Positions 56,128 to 64,000 of a stretch of DNA of 64,000 nt are shown here, piece after piece. The DNA lies in contig CBDFJF010000001.1 of assembly GCA_965248265.1 (NCBI GenBank), positions 992,001 to 1,056,000 of the forward strand, given 5' to 3'. Both the position numbers and the translations under genes were made by a program. Source of the DNA: Candidatus Latescibacterota bacterium (lineage in GTDB: Bacteria; Latescibacterota; UBA2968; UBA8231). Under the pieces are notes generated by a model. The model saw nothing but the letters and a program-made list of their open reading frames with translations, was not told the origin of the DNA and did no database searches. The first letter of the stretch is position 1, and each line of letters begins with the position of its first letter.

Positions 56128-58080
56128 ATGTCAACCCCAGTCTCCGTACCCGGTATGGTCAACATAGCGGCATCCCGTATCTCACCTCCGCCTGCCTGGG
56201 CGCTGCTCGAACGTGAGCTGATAAGCCTCATGGAAGAGGCGGCAGTGCTGACGGCTGACAAGCACACCGAGCGAGGAGGTGCGTACTACTTCGAGGACGA
56301 TCAGGACGACTACTACGAGGCGACTTACAACTGGGGGCTCTTTTATGCGATGGGTGCGGACGACCGTCTGCTCGATCTCGCCCTGCGGCAGTGGAACGCG
56401 AGCACCCGGATCAATGACGACAGAATCTCACATCGGGCCAAGCATCAAGAGTTTCATCGCGGCAAGAGACGGGTCAGATTCAGACAGCAGATTCACACTG
56501 AATACTACAACTCATCCGCTCCTGGGGACTGGGGTCATATGGGTGAAGGCAACATGGCCTTCTACGATTTCGGCATTGCGTGTCCGACCATCTCGGAGAA
56601 CGTGAGGCGGTCGAAGCGGTTCGCGGCCATGTTCATGGGCGAGGATCCCCAGGCACCGAATTACGATCCCGTTCACAAGGTGTTTCGTTCCCCTTACCTG
56701 AGCAGCCAGGGTCCTCTGTTACATGCGAAGGATGCAGATCAGGTTGACAAGTTTCTCCTTGGGACGGATGGGGGAATCTCTTTCTACGGGGTCCGTGCGA
56801 GCCTTTATCCGGTGGTTGAGGACCTGGAAATCGGCTGGCGCGAGAACCCTGACCGAAGGGAGGAGATCGTAAAACTATTTGACGAGATGGTTCTGCAAAC
56901 AGATGCGGCGTATGGCCTGGGAGCGACCGCCCTCATGACCGATGCGTATCTGTACACCGGGGACGAGAAGTACAGGCGGTGGGTCCTCGACTATACCGAA
57001 GCCTGGATCGATCGGACTCGGCACAACAACGGGATCATACCAGACAACGTTGGGCCGACGGGTGAAATCGGCGAGAGCCGTGGTGGCCAGTGGTGGGGTG
57101 GATTGGGTGGTTGGAACCACTACAACGGCTTCAAGGCCACGTTAAACGCCGTCACCATCGCATCCGAGTGCGCCACACTGCTCACCGGTGACTTCGGGTA
57201 CCTCGAACTGCTACGCTCGCAAATCAAGGTCCTGCTCGACAACTCCGAAACCCGGGAAGACGGTCAGCTTCTTGTCCCCTCTCGATACGGACCCGACGGT
57301 TGGCACGATCGCTCCCATCAGCCTTACACCTGGCCCCAGCCGATGAGGATGCAGGAGTTGGCTCACCTGTATCACGCATCCATGTCCTCCGAGGACTATG
57401 AGTTGATCACGCAAGTACGGGCGGGCGACGTCGAGCGCGACTGGAACCATGTCCCTTGCGTCGGAGAAAAGAACTTCGGTGACACGGAACACGCCAGGTT
57501 CCAATTTTATGATGGCCTCCACCCGCAATGGCCGGAGGAGATCCTGAGAGCTGAATACCAGCTCGCTCTGGAGGCTTATGAGCGAGTCCGGCTCGACGAT
57601 CGCGATGTCGAGACACTGGTTGCCGACTCTCTGAACGCACCCAACCCCGTGTACACGAAGGGGCTTACTCAAATTACAATGGGGGCTCCACAGAGCGCCT
57701 ACAACGGCGGCCTGCTCAGGGCGACTGTCCGATACTTTTCCTTCGACGGAGCCGGTCGGCCGGGCTTGCCCGCCGATGTCGCAGCTCTCGTAGACGAGCT
57801 CAAGCCCGATAGAGTCGGAGTCGAGCTGGTGAACCTGAATCGAGACGAAACCCGCGTGCTCATCGTGCAATCGGGAGCATTCGGCGAGCATCAGTTCACG
57901 CAGATAACGTACAGGGACGGAGACTCGGAGCGGGTTGTGCCGGTGAACGAGAAATACTTCGCCGTACAACTCCCACCCTCTACCGCCATCCGTGTTGAGG
58001 CCGGGATCCGCCGCTTCGTCAATGACCCCTCCTACGCATTCCCATGGCACGGGGACAGGATACCGGTGCCGTTCCAGTAA
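56128..58080 (+). CDS. Conserved hypothetical protein (probably alpha/alpha-toroid)
   Basis: 650-aa ORF with coding-like composition; DDYYE, DWGHMGEG, IPDNVGP..GQWWGG. Confidence 0.75.
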   Translation: MSTPVSVPGMVNIAASRISPPPAWALLERELISLMEEAAVLTADKHTERGGAYYFEDDQDDYYEATYNWGLFYAMGADDRLLDLALRQWNASTRINDDRISHRAKHQEFHRGKRRVRFRQQIHTEYYNSSAPGDWGHMGEGNMAFYDFGIACPTISENVRRSKRFAAMFMGEDPQAPNYDPVHKVFRSPYLSSQGPLLHAKDADQVDKFLLGTDGGISFYGVRASLYPVVEDLEIGWRENPDRREEIVKLFDEMVLQTDAAYGLGATALMTDAYLYTGDEKYRRWVLDYTEAWIDRTRHNNGIIPDNVGPTGEIGESRGGQWWGGLGGWNHYNGFKATLNAVTIASECATLLTGDFGYLELLRSQIKVLLDNSETREDGQLLVPSRYGPDGWHDRSHQPYTWPQPMRMQELAHLYHASMSSEDYELITQVRAGDVERDWNHVPCVGEKNFGDTEHARFQFYDGLHPQWPEEILRAEYQLALEAYERVRLDDRDVETLVADSLNAPNPVYTKGLTQITMGAPQSAYNGGLLRATVRYFSFDGAGRPGLPADVAALVDELKPDRVGVELVNLNRDETRVLIVQSGAFGEHQFTQITYRDGDSERVVPVNEKYFAVQLPPSTAIRVEAGIRRFVNDPSYAFPWHGDRIPVPFQ

Positions 58081-58104
58081 ACTGAAATAACACATTGCAT
58101 ATCT

Positions 58105-58998
58105 ATGGCTAATCTGCAAGGACTGATCGCACTGGTTACAGGCGCCAGCCGAGGTATTGGCAAGGCCATCGCGCACGAGTTGGGCGATGCGGGCGCGGTC
58201 GTCTACCTGACGGGTCGGACGCGACAAGGAGAGACACCTTTTTGCCAGTTATCCGGTAGCATTGATGAAACAGCAGATGCTATCAACAAAGCCGGCGGCA
58301 CAGCCTTCTCAATCCCCTGCGATCATGCACACGATGAGCAAACCCAAGGTGTGTTTGATCGCATCCAGAATGAGCAAGGGCGATTGGATGTCTTGGTGAA
58401 TAATGCGTGGTCCGGCTACCAGCGAATGCAGCGTAAATTGGAAGAAGCATTAACGGGAAAGAAATCCAAAGGCAAGATGATCGCCGGAATGGAAGAAGCC
58501 TTTGGCGAGTTCACCCATCCATTTTGGGATTTGCCCTTAGAAGATTGGGATGGGATGCAACGCGTAGGCGTTCGCTCACACTACATCGCTTCTACCCTGG
58601 CATCCCGTATGATGGTGCCAGCAAAGAAGGGACTCATCATCAATATTACAGCCGATGTCTCAGACTTGGGTGGGCAGGTTGCGTATGGTATGGCTAAGTG
58701 TGCGGTAAATCGGATGACGGCCGACATGGCGGTGCAATTGAAGGATCACGGCATATCGGTGGTCGCTGTTCAACCCGGCATGGTACTCACTGAAATGTTT
58801 GAAGAGCGCTACCGTAAAGGCTTTTTGGACGGAGCAGACTATCCCCGTTTTGAGGCCCCAGCCTTTGTCGGTCAATGTGTGGTTGCGCTGGCAGGCGATG
58901 ATGAGGTTAGCGCCAGGACCGGCTCGATTCTGCAAACGAACGAAATTGCTGAAACCTACGGCTTAAAGAAACTGGATGGCAGTCATGTTTCTCTATGA
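58105..58998 (+). CDS. SDR oxidoreductase (DHRS1-like)
   Basis: TGASRGIG, LDVLVNNA, YGMAK. Confidence 0.92.
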   Translation: MANLQGLIALVTGASRGIGKAIAHELGDAGAVVYLTGRTRQGETPFCQLSGSIDETADAINKAGGTAFSIPCDHAHDEQTQGVFDRIQNEQGRLDVLVNNAWSGYQRMQRKLEEALTGKKSKGKMIAGMEEAFGEFTHPFWDLPLEDWDGMQRVGVRSHYIASTLASRMMVPAKKGLIINITADVSDLGGQVAYGMAKCAVNRMTADMAVQLKDHGISVVAVQPGMVLTEMFEERYRKGFLDGADYPRFEAPAFVGQCVVALAGDDEVSARTGSILQTNEIAETYGLKKLDGSHVSL

Positions 58999-59008
58999 CG
59001 AGAGCACA

Positions 59009-59665
59009 ATGAACCAAACCGCCAGAACCGTCTGCACAAGCTTTGTTGTGTCGCTGCTGGTATCACTTCCGACCGCTGCTGAAGAACCCGCCCCAGAGAG
59101 TGACTACGGCCGCGCACACATAGGCGGCATGCGCGGCCATATCGAGTGGGAGTCGCTGCTGCACGGCGACGGACTGGAACGGTGGGCGACCGGAGAAGAG
59201 GGTGCCTGGTCACGGCAGGGAGACACGATTGTCGTGAGCTCAGGCCAAAACGGCCACACCAGCCTGTCACAGGGCGACACCACATGGGTGAATTACGAAC
59301 TGAAGGTCGCCGCCACGTTCATTGAGGGCTCGAACCTGCAGATCCAGTTCCGGAGGTCTTCTGACGGGAGGGACTACTACTTTCTCGACTTCCTCGCGGG
59401 GTGGAAGGCGATCTCGGTCACGAAGAGGGTGGGCGGCGTGCCTGGTGTCACCAAGCTCGACGTCACGAACTATCCGTTCGAGTACGGACGTGAATACGAC
59501 ATCGTCATCGCCGTACGAGGAGAGTCCATCCACACCTACATCGACGGTCGGTTGGTCAACCGTCTGACGCATGATTTCCGGCACCGCGGAGGTATCGCTC
59601 TCGCCACCTGGGGGAATGAGACCGTCATTCGGTACAGAGACCCGAAGATCCGGCACTACCATTGA
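59009..59665 (+). CDS. DUF1080 secreted protein, paralog of 41348-42007
   Basis: ESDYGR..IEWESLL, NYELKV, YIDGRLVNRLT, RDPKIRHY. Confidence 0.78.
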   Translation: MNQTARTVCTSFVVSLLVSLPTAAEEPAPESDYGRAHIGGMRGHIEWESLLHGDGLERWATGEEGAWSRQGDTIVVSSGQNGHTSLSQGDTTWVNYELKVAATFIEGSNLQIQFRRSSDGRDYYFLDFLAGWKAISVTKRVGGVPGVTKLDVTNYPFEYGREYDIVIAVRGESIHTYIDGRLVNRLTHDFRHRGGIALATWGNETVIRYRDPKIRHYH

Positions 59666-60702
59666 GAGACCTGCACCTCGCGACAGAACCGGCCCTGAAC
59701 ACGGGAGATATAAAGCGGATCGCCGTCGCCGGCGCCGGCAAAATGGCGCGGAGCCGGGGGCGGGCTTTTCTCGAGACCGGGCGGGCGCAGATCTGCGCTG
59801 TCGCCTCCCGCCGCCTGGATGCGGCCGCGGCCTGCGCTGCCGAACTGGGCTGCGATGTATGGTTCGACGATACTTGCCGCCTCGCCGAGACGCGCCCGGA
59901 TGCAATCCTCATCGAGGTCCCGCATCGCGCCCAGGATGACATCACCCGACAGGCGCTGGAGGACGGTTTCGACGTCCTCATCGGTGGCTGTCTGGCCAGC
60001 GACCCGGCGGCGGGTGCCGGCATCGTCGAGCTGGCCCGTGCCGGCGACCGCGTCGTCGAAGCCGGCTACCAGCGGCGCTACGATCCGGCCTGGGTGGCGA
60101 TCCGTGACCTCGTCGCAACCCGGGAGCTGGGTGAGCCGGTGCTCGCCGTCACCATGGCCCTGTGGCGACCGGACGCCGACAGCTGGTACTGCTCGCAGCA
60201 GGCCAGCGGCGGCATGCCTTTGACGCACATGAGCTACTGCTACCTGAACGCCGTGCGCTGGATCCTGGGCCGACCGGTGACGGTGGCCGCCATGGCGCAC
60301 CGACGGGATGAGGTGAATCCCGACTTCGTGGACGAGGAAACATGTGCCGCCCTCATCGGCTTCGAGAGTGGCGCCACGCTGTCTGCGACGGCCTCCTACC
60401 GGGGCCCGGTCGGCATGCATGATCCAGAGGCCCGCTTCCTGTTCACAGCCGGTGGCCTGCAGGTGGGCGGGGCGGCGGCCGCGGATCGCGACGCGATTAC
60501 GCTGCTGCCGGACGACGGCGCCGCCGAGGTCCGCACCTTCCCCCGTGAACCATCCGCCGCCGTGTACCAGGCACAGGCCTTCCTGGACGCCCTCGAGTCG
60601 CGACAGCCGGCCCGCAACCCGCCCGAGGATGCGCTCGTGGACGTGCAGGTGACGTCGGCGATCTCGGCTGCTGCGCGCGAGGGCCGCACACTCGAGTTGT
60701 AA
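59662..60702 (+). CDS. Gfo/Idh/MocA oxidoreductase
   Basis: IAVAGAGKMA, AGYQRRYDP, SGGM; the usual EKP motif is replaced by GGC. Confidence 0.82.
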   Translation: MRDLHLATEPALNTGDIKRIAVAGAGKMARSRGRAFLETGRAQICAVASRRLDAAAACAAELGCDVWFDDTCRLAETRPDAILIEVPHRAQDDITRQALEDGFDVLIGGCLASDPAAGAGIVELARAGDRVVEAGYQRRYDPAWVAIRDLVATRELGEPVLAVTMALWRPDADSWYCSQQASGGMPLTHMSYCYLNAVRWILGRPVTVAAMAHRRDEVNPDFVDEETCAALIGFESGATLSATASYRGPVGMHDPEARFLFTAGGLQVGGAAAADRDAITLLPDDGAAEVRTFPREPSAAVYQAQAFLDALESRQPARNPPEDALVDVQVTSAISAAAREGRTLEL

Positions 60703-60785
60703 CCAGGAAACGGCACAAGCACCTGATCGACCGTACGTCCGCGGGCGGCTATGAACGCCTTCATCCGGGACGTTGAGGAGATATC

Positions 60786-60870
60786 ATGCAGTGGTTGTCT
60801 TTCCCCGATCCAAACTGTCAGGTCTGCGGATTTCCCTGGTTCACAGAGACGGCGCCGAGTTTCCACCTAT
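60786..60870 (+). pseudogene. N-terminal fragment resembling SGNH/GDSL-hydrolase N-domains
   Basis: GAGGAG SD; MQWLSFPDPNCQVCGFPWF, after which coding character is lost. Confidence 0.4.
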
Positions 60871-60954
60871 GTGGATGGCCGGATCAGCATCGGCGGGCGG
60901 AACGACAGCTGGCAGTGACAGATGGGGACGCAGCGGTGTCGGGGCCGGTCGGTC

Positions 60955-61992
60955 TCATGAGAAACTCATTTCCACAGGCTCTTTCCTCTCGGCCGAATCA
61001 TAGGCGCTGAAGACCATCCCCAAAGTTTTAAGGTTGTCACGCCCGGAGGTTGGATGCTCGTCTCCGCCTTCGATCCAATCGACGAACTGAATTATAGTCT
61101 TCTGCCAGGCGATCTCGCTGAACTTTTCCCTAGGAGGCATCTCGGGCGTGATCCACGATTTTAGATCATCGCTGTAGGCCTTTACCGGAGTCGCATCGTC
61201 GGGGTTTATGTAAATAGAGCCTCTTTCGCATTCGATATGGGTGCAGCTATCATACTGGGTTTTGCTGCCCTTACAATCAATGGAGTTAAAAACCTGAAAA
61301 GTACAGGTGGGAAAATCGACAATGGAGGTGCTCCAGGTATCGCCGGCCTCTCCTAGCTCACGGCGAAAAGGAGGGATTCCTGCAACGGTGTAAATCCTTT
61401 CCGCCTCTTCTGCGAGGAAGAAGCGGAGCATATCGAAGTGGTGGACGGTCTGATTTAGAATCAGCACCTTGTCGAATTTAACGTAGTAATCGCTTCTCTT
61501 GGCCCCTTTTAAGGGGAACCAGGCCAGATGGGCCATCTTAAGCTCCCCTAAAAAAGGCCTCCCCAACTTACCGCTATTAATTAGATCGTAGGCGGCTCTT
61601 ACGTGGGGGTAATTCCGGTACTGCTGGGAGACGGCCAACTTCACCCCCGCTTTTTCGCATTCTTCAACCATTTGTACCGCCGCCTCGCGGGTGAGGGCCA
61701 TAGGCTTTTCGCTGAGTATATTAGTCTTGGTCTCGGCTCCTTTGAGGACGATATCGAGGCGGTCGTGGGTGGTGGAAGTACATATTACCGCCAGATCGAG
61801 GTCTTCTTTTTCAAAGAACTCCCGGTAGTCGGTATAGGTCCTCTCGAATCCGAACAGCTCCTTAAACTCCAAAGCGCCGGGCTCGTAGATATCGCAGCAG
61901 GCGGCTAGATGGAAAAAATCGCCATATGCCCGTATGTGCCCCTTAGCTATAGCTCCGCATCCGACCAATCCATATTTTAAGCGTCTCCCCAT
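60955..61992 (-). CDS. Gfo/Idh/MocA oxidoreductase (low GC)
   Basis: YGLVGCGAIA, SEKPMA, HHFDMLRF; start moved to ATG 61992. Confidence 0.9.
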   Translation of the reverse strand: MGRRLKYGLVGCGAIAKGHIRAYGDFFHLAACCDIYEPGALEFKELFGFERTYTDYREFFEKEDLDLAVICTSTTHDRLDIVLKGAETKTNILSEKPMALTREAAVQMVEECEKAGVKLAVSQQYRNYPHVRAAYDLINSGKLGRPFLGELKMAHLAWFPLKGAKRSDYYVKFDKVLILNQTVHHFDMLRFFLAEEAERIYTVAGIPPFRRELGEAGDTWSTSIVDFPTCTFQVFNSIDCKGSKTQYDSCTHIECERGSIYINPDDATPVKAYSDDLKSWITPEMPPREKFSEIAWQKTIIQFVDWIEGGDEHPTSGRDNLKTLGMVFSAYDSAERKEPVEMSFS

Positions 61993-62071
61993 TTCATCTC
62001 CTCTGAAGGATAAAAAACATATATATAGAACGTCCTTTTTCCTTAACCTTGGAGCGCGCGAGGCGGGCGAA

Positions 62072-62250
62072 TCAGGCTGCGGACGCTTCGTGCAGCGTTT
62101 CGAGCTCGGGCTGGGCAGAGGGTCGTGCTGGTGCGATCGGCGGCGGCCGCGCCGGCAGACCAACGCCTTCGAGAAAAAACCGGATTGAGGCCGGCTCCGT
62201 GAGCGGCGCCCGTGAGGGCAGTCCGATGCCTTCCAGGTAGCGCTCGTAGA
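62072..62250 (-). mobile_element. Relic 3' end of an IS91-like transposase
   Basis: TEPASIRFFLEGVGLPARPPPIAPARP resembles the C-terminus of IS91-type rolling-circle transposases. Confidence 0.45.
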
Positions 62251-62841
62251 GTTATTCCCCGGGAACGTCCCGCCGCTGGTCAAAGAGGGCAAGCTCGATA
62301 CATCGTTGGTGAAGGCGCTGTCTGGCTAAGTGCGCCCCCTGAATCTTGCCGTATAATATGTAGCAGACCCCCTATTCACCACTATATTCTGCTAATTTTG
62401 TGAATTGCGTATCCTAGATGCTATTTGATCCTCGATTCGAACTTACCTTGAGGGCGTCGGCCTGCCCGCTCAGCCACCACCAATCGCACCGGCACGGCAT
62501 TCCGAGCAGTCCCAGTTCGAATACGCGGCTTGATTGGCCGCACGGCTTGATCAACAGGATCGATGCGCCCGCATCGTCCGCGCGGCTCTGCAGAACCGCC
62601 AGGAAACCAACCCTTCACCCTCGCTATGCCCGGCGAGCGCCGCCATCACGCACCCAGTCCTCACAAATGTCCCACTCGACACAAATCCCGAAAGCGACAT
62701 AAACTTATGATAGTGGGCCCTTATCGGTCCCATACGTTCAGTAAGCTGCCATCAACTGGGTCGGTCAGCATCCGCTTCCAGTTCAGCAACGCCAGCCTCT
62801 ACAGCTTCTCGACCACCTGAGACCACAGAAAGCACACAGAC

Positions 62842-64000
62842 ATGACATCCTCCATTCCGGTCGCCGAGGCCGTATCGGGAGACGCGCGCATCGCCGGGCT
62901 CGTTGCTGACGCCATCGTCAGACCGGCATTCGCCTGCAAGCTCCTGGACGGTTTTGTGAACGATACCTTCACCGAGTACGCGAACGCTTCGATCTACCGA
63001 CCCGCCTTGGTGCGGAAGGCGCAACTCGTGAGCGAGCTGCGCGAGGTCATCAGAGCCCGCGGTCCGTTCTACCTCGGCTTCACGATGTATGCGAGCGCCA
63101 AGTACGATGAAACGATCGAGATCTGGGTCGGGCACCGACAGGTTGCGCGCGCCTCGCTCGACGACCCCGACAATCGCCTTCACCTGTTTTTCGCACCCGA
63201 GAAGGTGGACTTCAAAGGAGGGGAGACGATCCGGCTCTTTACCAATCCGTCCAGAGGTGGGTGCCGGATCGAGAACGTGGTGCTGCTGCGGAAACGGCCG
63301 AGGGTCGCGCCGCAGAAGCTGGCGATACTCTCGCCACGGGTGGACGTGCGCGCTGACGGCGACAGGCCGTGCGTTTTCCTGACGTGGCGGACCAGCCGGC
63401 CCGCGAAGGGGCAGGTAATCGTGACGCCTGCCTCCGGGCGAGTCAGGACGACTCGCGTCACTGCGTTCCTGGCCAACCACGAGGTGATCCTGCCCGGACT
63501 CCCGGGGGGGCCGGCGACTTACGAGATCGAAATGCGCGATCGGACCGGCCACCTGACAACCCGGAAGAAGGGAAAGTTCCGGGTCGGGAAGCCGCGAAGT
63601 CGAAGTTCCGTCCGGGAAGGCAGGTTCGACCTGCCCACAGCAAGTGCCGCTCCGCACGGTTGGCCGGTTTCGGTCGGCGTCCCCTTCGCCGCCGGATCGG
63701 TCTCGGACCCGGCGGGCGTGCGCCTGCTCGATTCGGCGGAAGCGACCGTTCCCGTGCAGGTGTCGGTTCAGTCCCGGTGGGAGGACGGCTCGATCAAGTG
63801 GGCGCTGCTCGATTTCCAGTCGGACGGACGTTCGAGCTACGCCGTCGAGTTCGGCCGTTCGGTGCAGAACGAGTCGAGTGGCGGGGTGAGGGTGCGATCG
63901 GTGAAAGCTGCTATCGTGGTAGCAACCGGGGCAATGACGGTTCGCATCCCCAAGAGCGAGGTCGTGCTGCCCGGGCTAGTCGAGGTTGACGGTCCCACTC
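62842..64000 (+). CDS. Large protein with a YetA/exo-rhamnogalacturonan-lyase-like N-region, running off the right edge
   Basis: Not in the ORF track; open frame containing WPVSVGVPFAAG..VRLLD..VPVQ..RWEDGSIKWALLDF. Confidence 0.75.
   Translation, partial: MTSSIPVAEAVSGDARIAGLVADAIVRPAFACKLLDGFVNDTFTEYANASIYRPALVRKAQLVSELREVIRARGPFYLGFTMYASAKYDETIEIWVGHRQVARASLDDPDNRLHLFFAPEKVDFKGGETIRLFTNPSRGGCRIENVVLLRKRPRVAPQKLAILSPRVDVRADGDRPCVFLTWRTSRPAKGQVIVTPASGRVRTTRVTAFLANHEVILPGLPGGPATYEIEMRDRTGHLTTRKKGKFRVGKPRSRSSVREGRFDLPTASAAPHGWPVSVGVPFAAGSVSDPAGVRLLDSAEATVPVQVSVQSRWEDGSIKWALLDFQSDGRSSYAVEFGRSVQNESSGGVRVRSVKAAIVVATGAMTVRIPKSEVVLPGLVEVDGPT

Noticed and set aside
62752-63989. ORF-track ORFs 62752-63657 (-) and 63369-63989 (+)
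   Set aside because: They overlap the real plus-strand gene starting at 62842, which lacks a stop inside the window.
1-64000. tRNA/rRNA genes, integron integrase, reverse transcriptase, phage genes
   Set aside because: None recognised by eye; a tRNAscan/Rfam/HMM run would be needed to exclude them formally.

Overview
Bacterial genomic window, mostly high-GC with several lower-GC patches. The gene repertoire suggests a Latescibacterota/Poribacteria-like environmental organism (PQQ/BNR propellers, DUF1080, PhyH, Gfo/Idh/MocA, a DUF6785-like transporter, a C-terminal 'SWGALK' tail); this is inference only. No rRNA, tRNA or CRISPR array was seen. Main contents: (i) a RIO1-kinase/methyltransferase operon preceded by a leader peptide and intrinsic terminator, i.e. 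a likely attenuator; (ii) an operon encoding a 1468-aa nicalin/nicastrin-like M28 pseudo-peptidase fused to an FtsX/MacB permease, plus an OPT-like transporter with Zn-finger, circularly permuted FN3-like and Asp-rich inserts; (iii) a FliM-like fusion protein under a structured 5' leader; (iv) a decaying integron-type cassette cluster without integrase (higBA, VOC, APH) hit by an IS481; (v) a two-subunit RND system; (vi) an IS3; (vii) a DUF3179 gene with an in-frame UGA, likely a selenoprotein; (viii) a proteasome PC-repeat-like solenoid protein; (ix) a sigma54/REC/GGDEF/HDOD signalling cluster; (x) a trypsin-like lipoprotein protease followed by a stand-alone copy of its N-terminal domain; and many gene fragments. 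All family calls are by eye from motifs; no searches were run.
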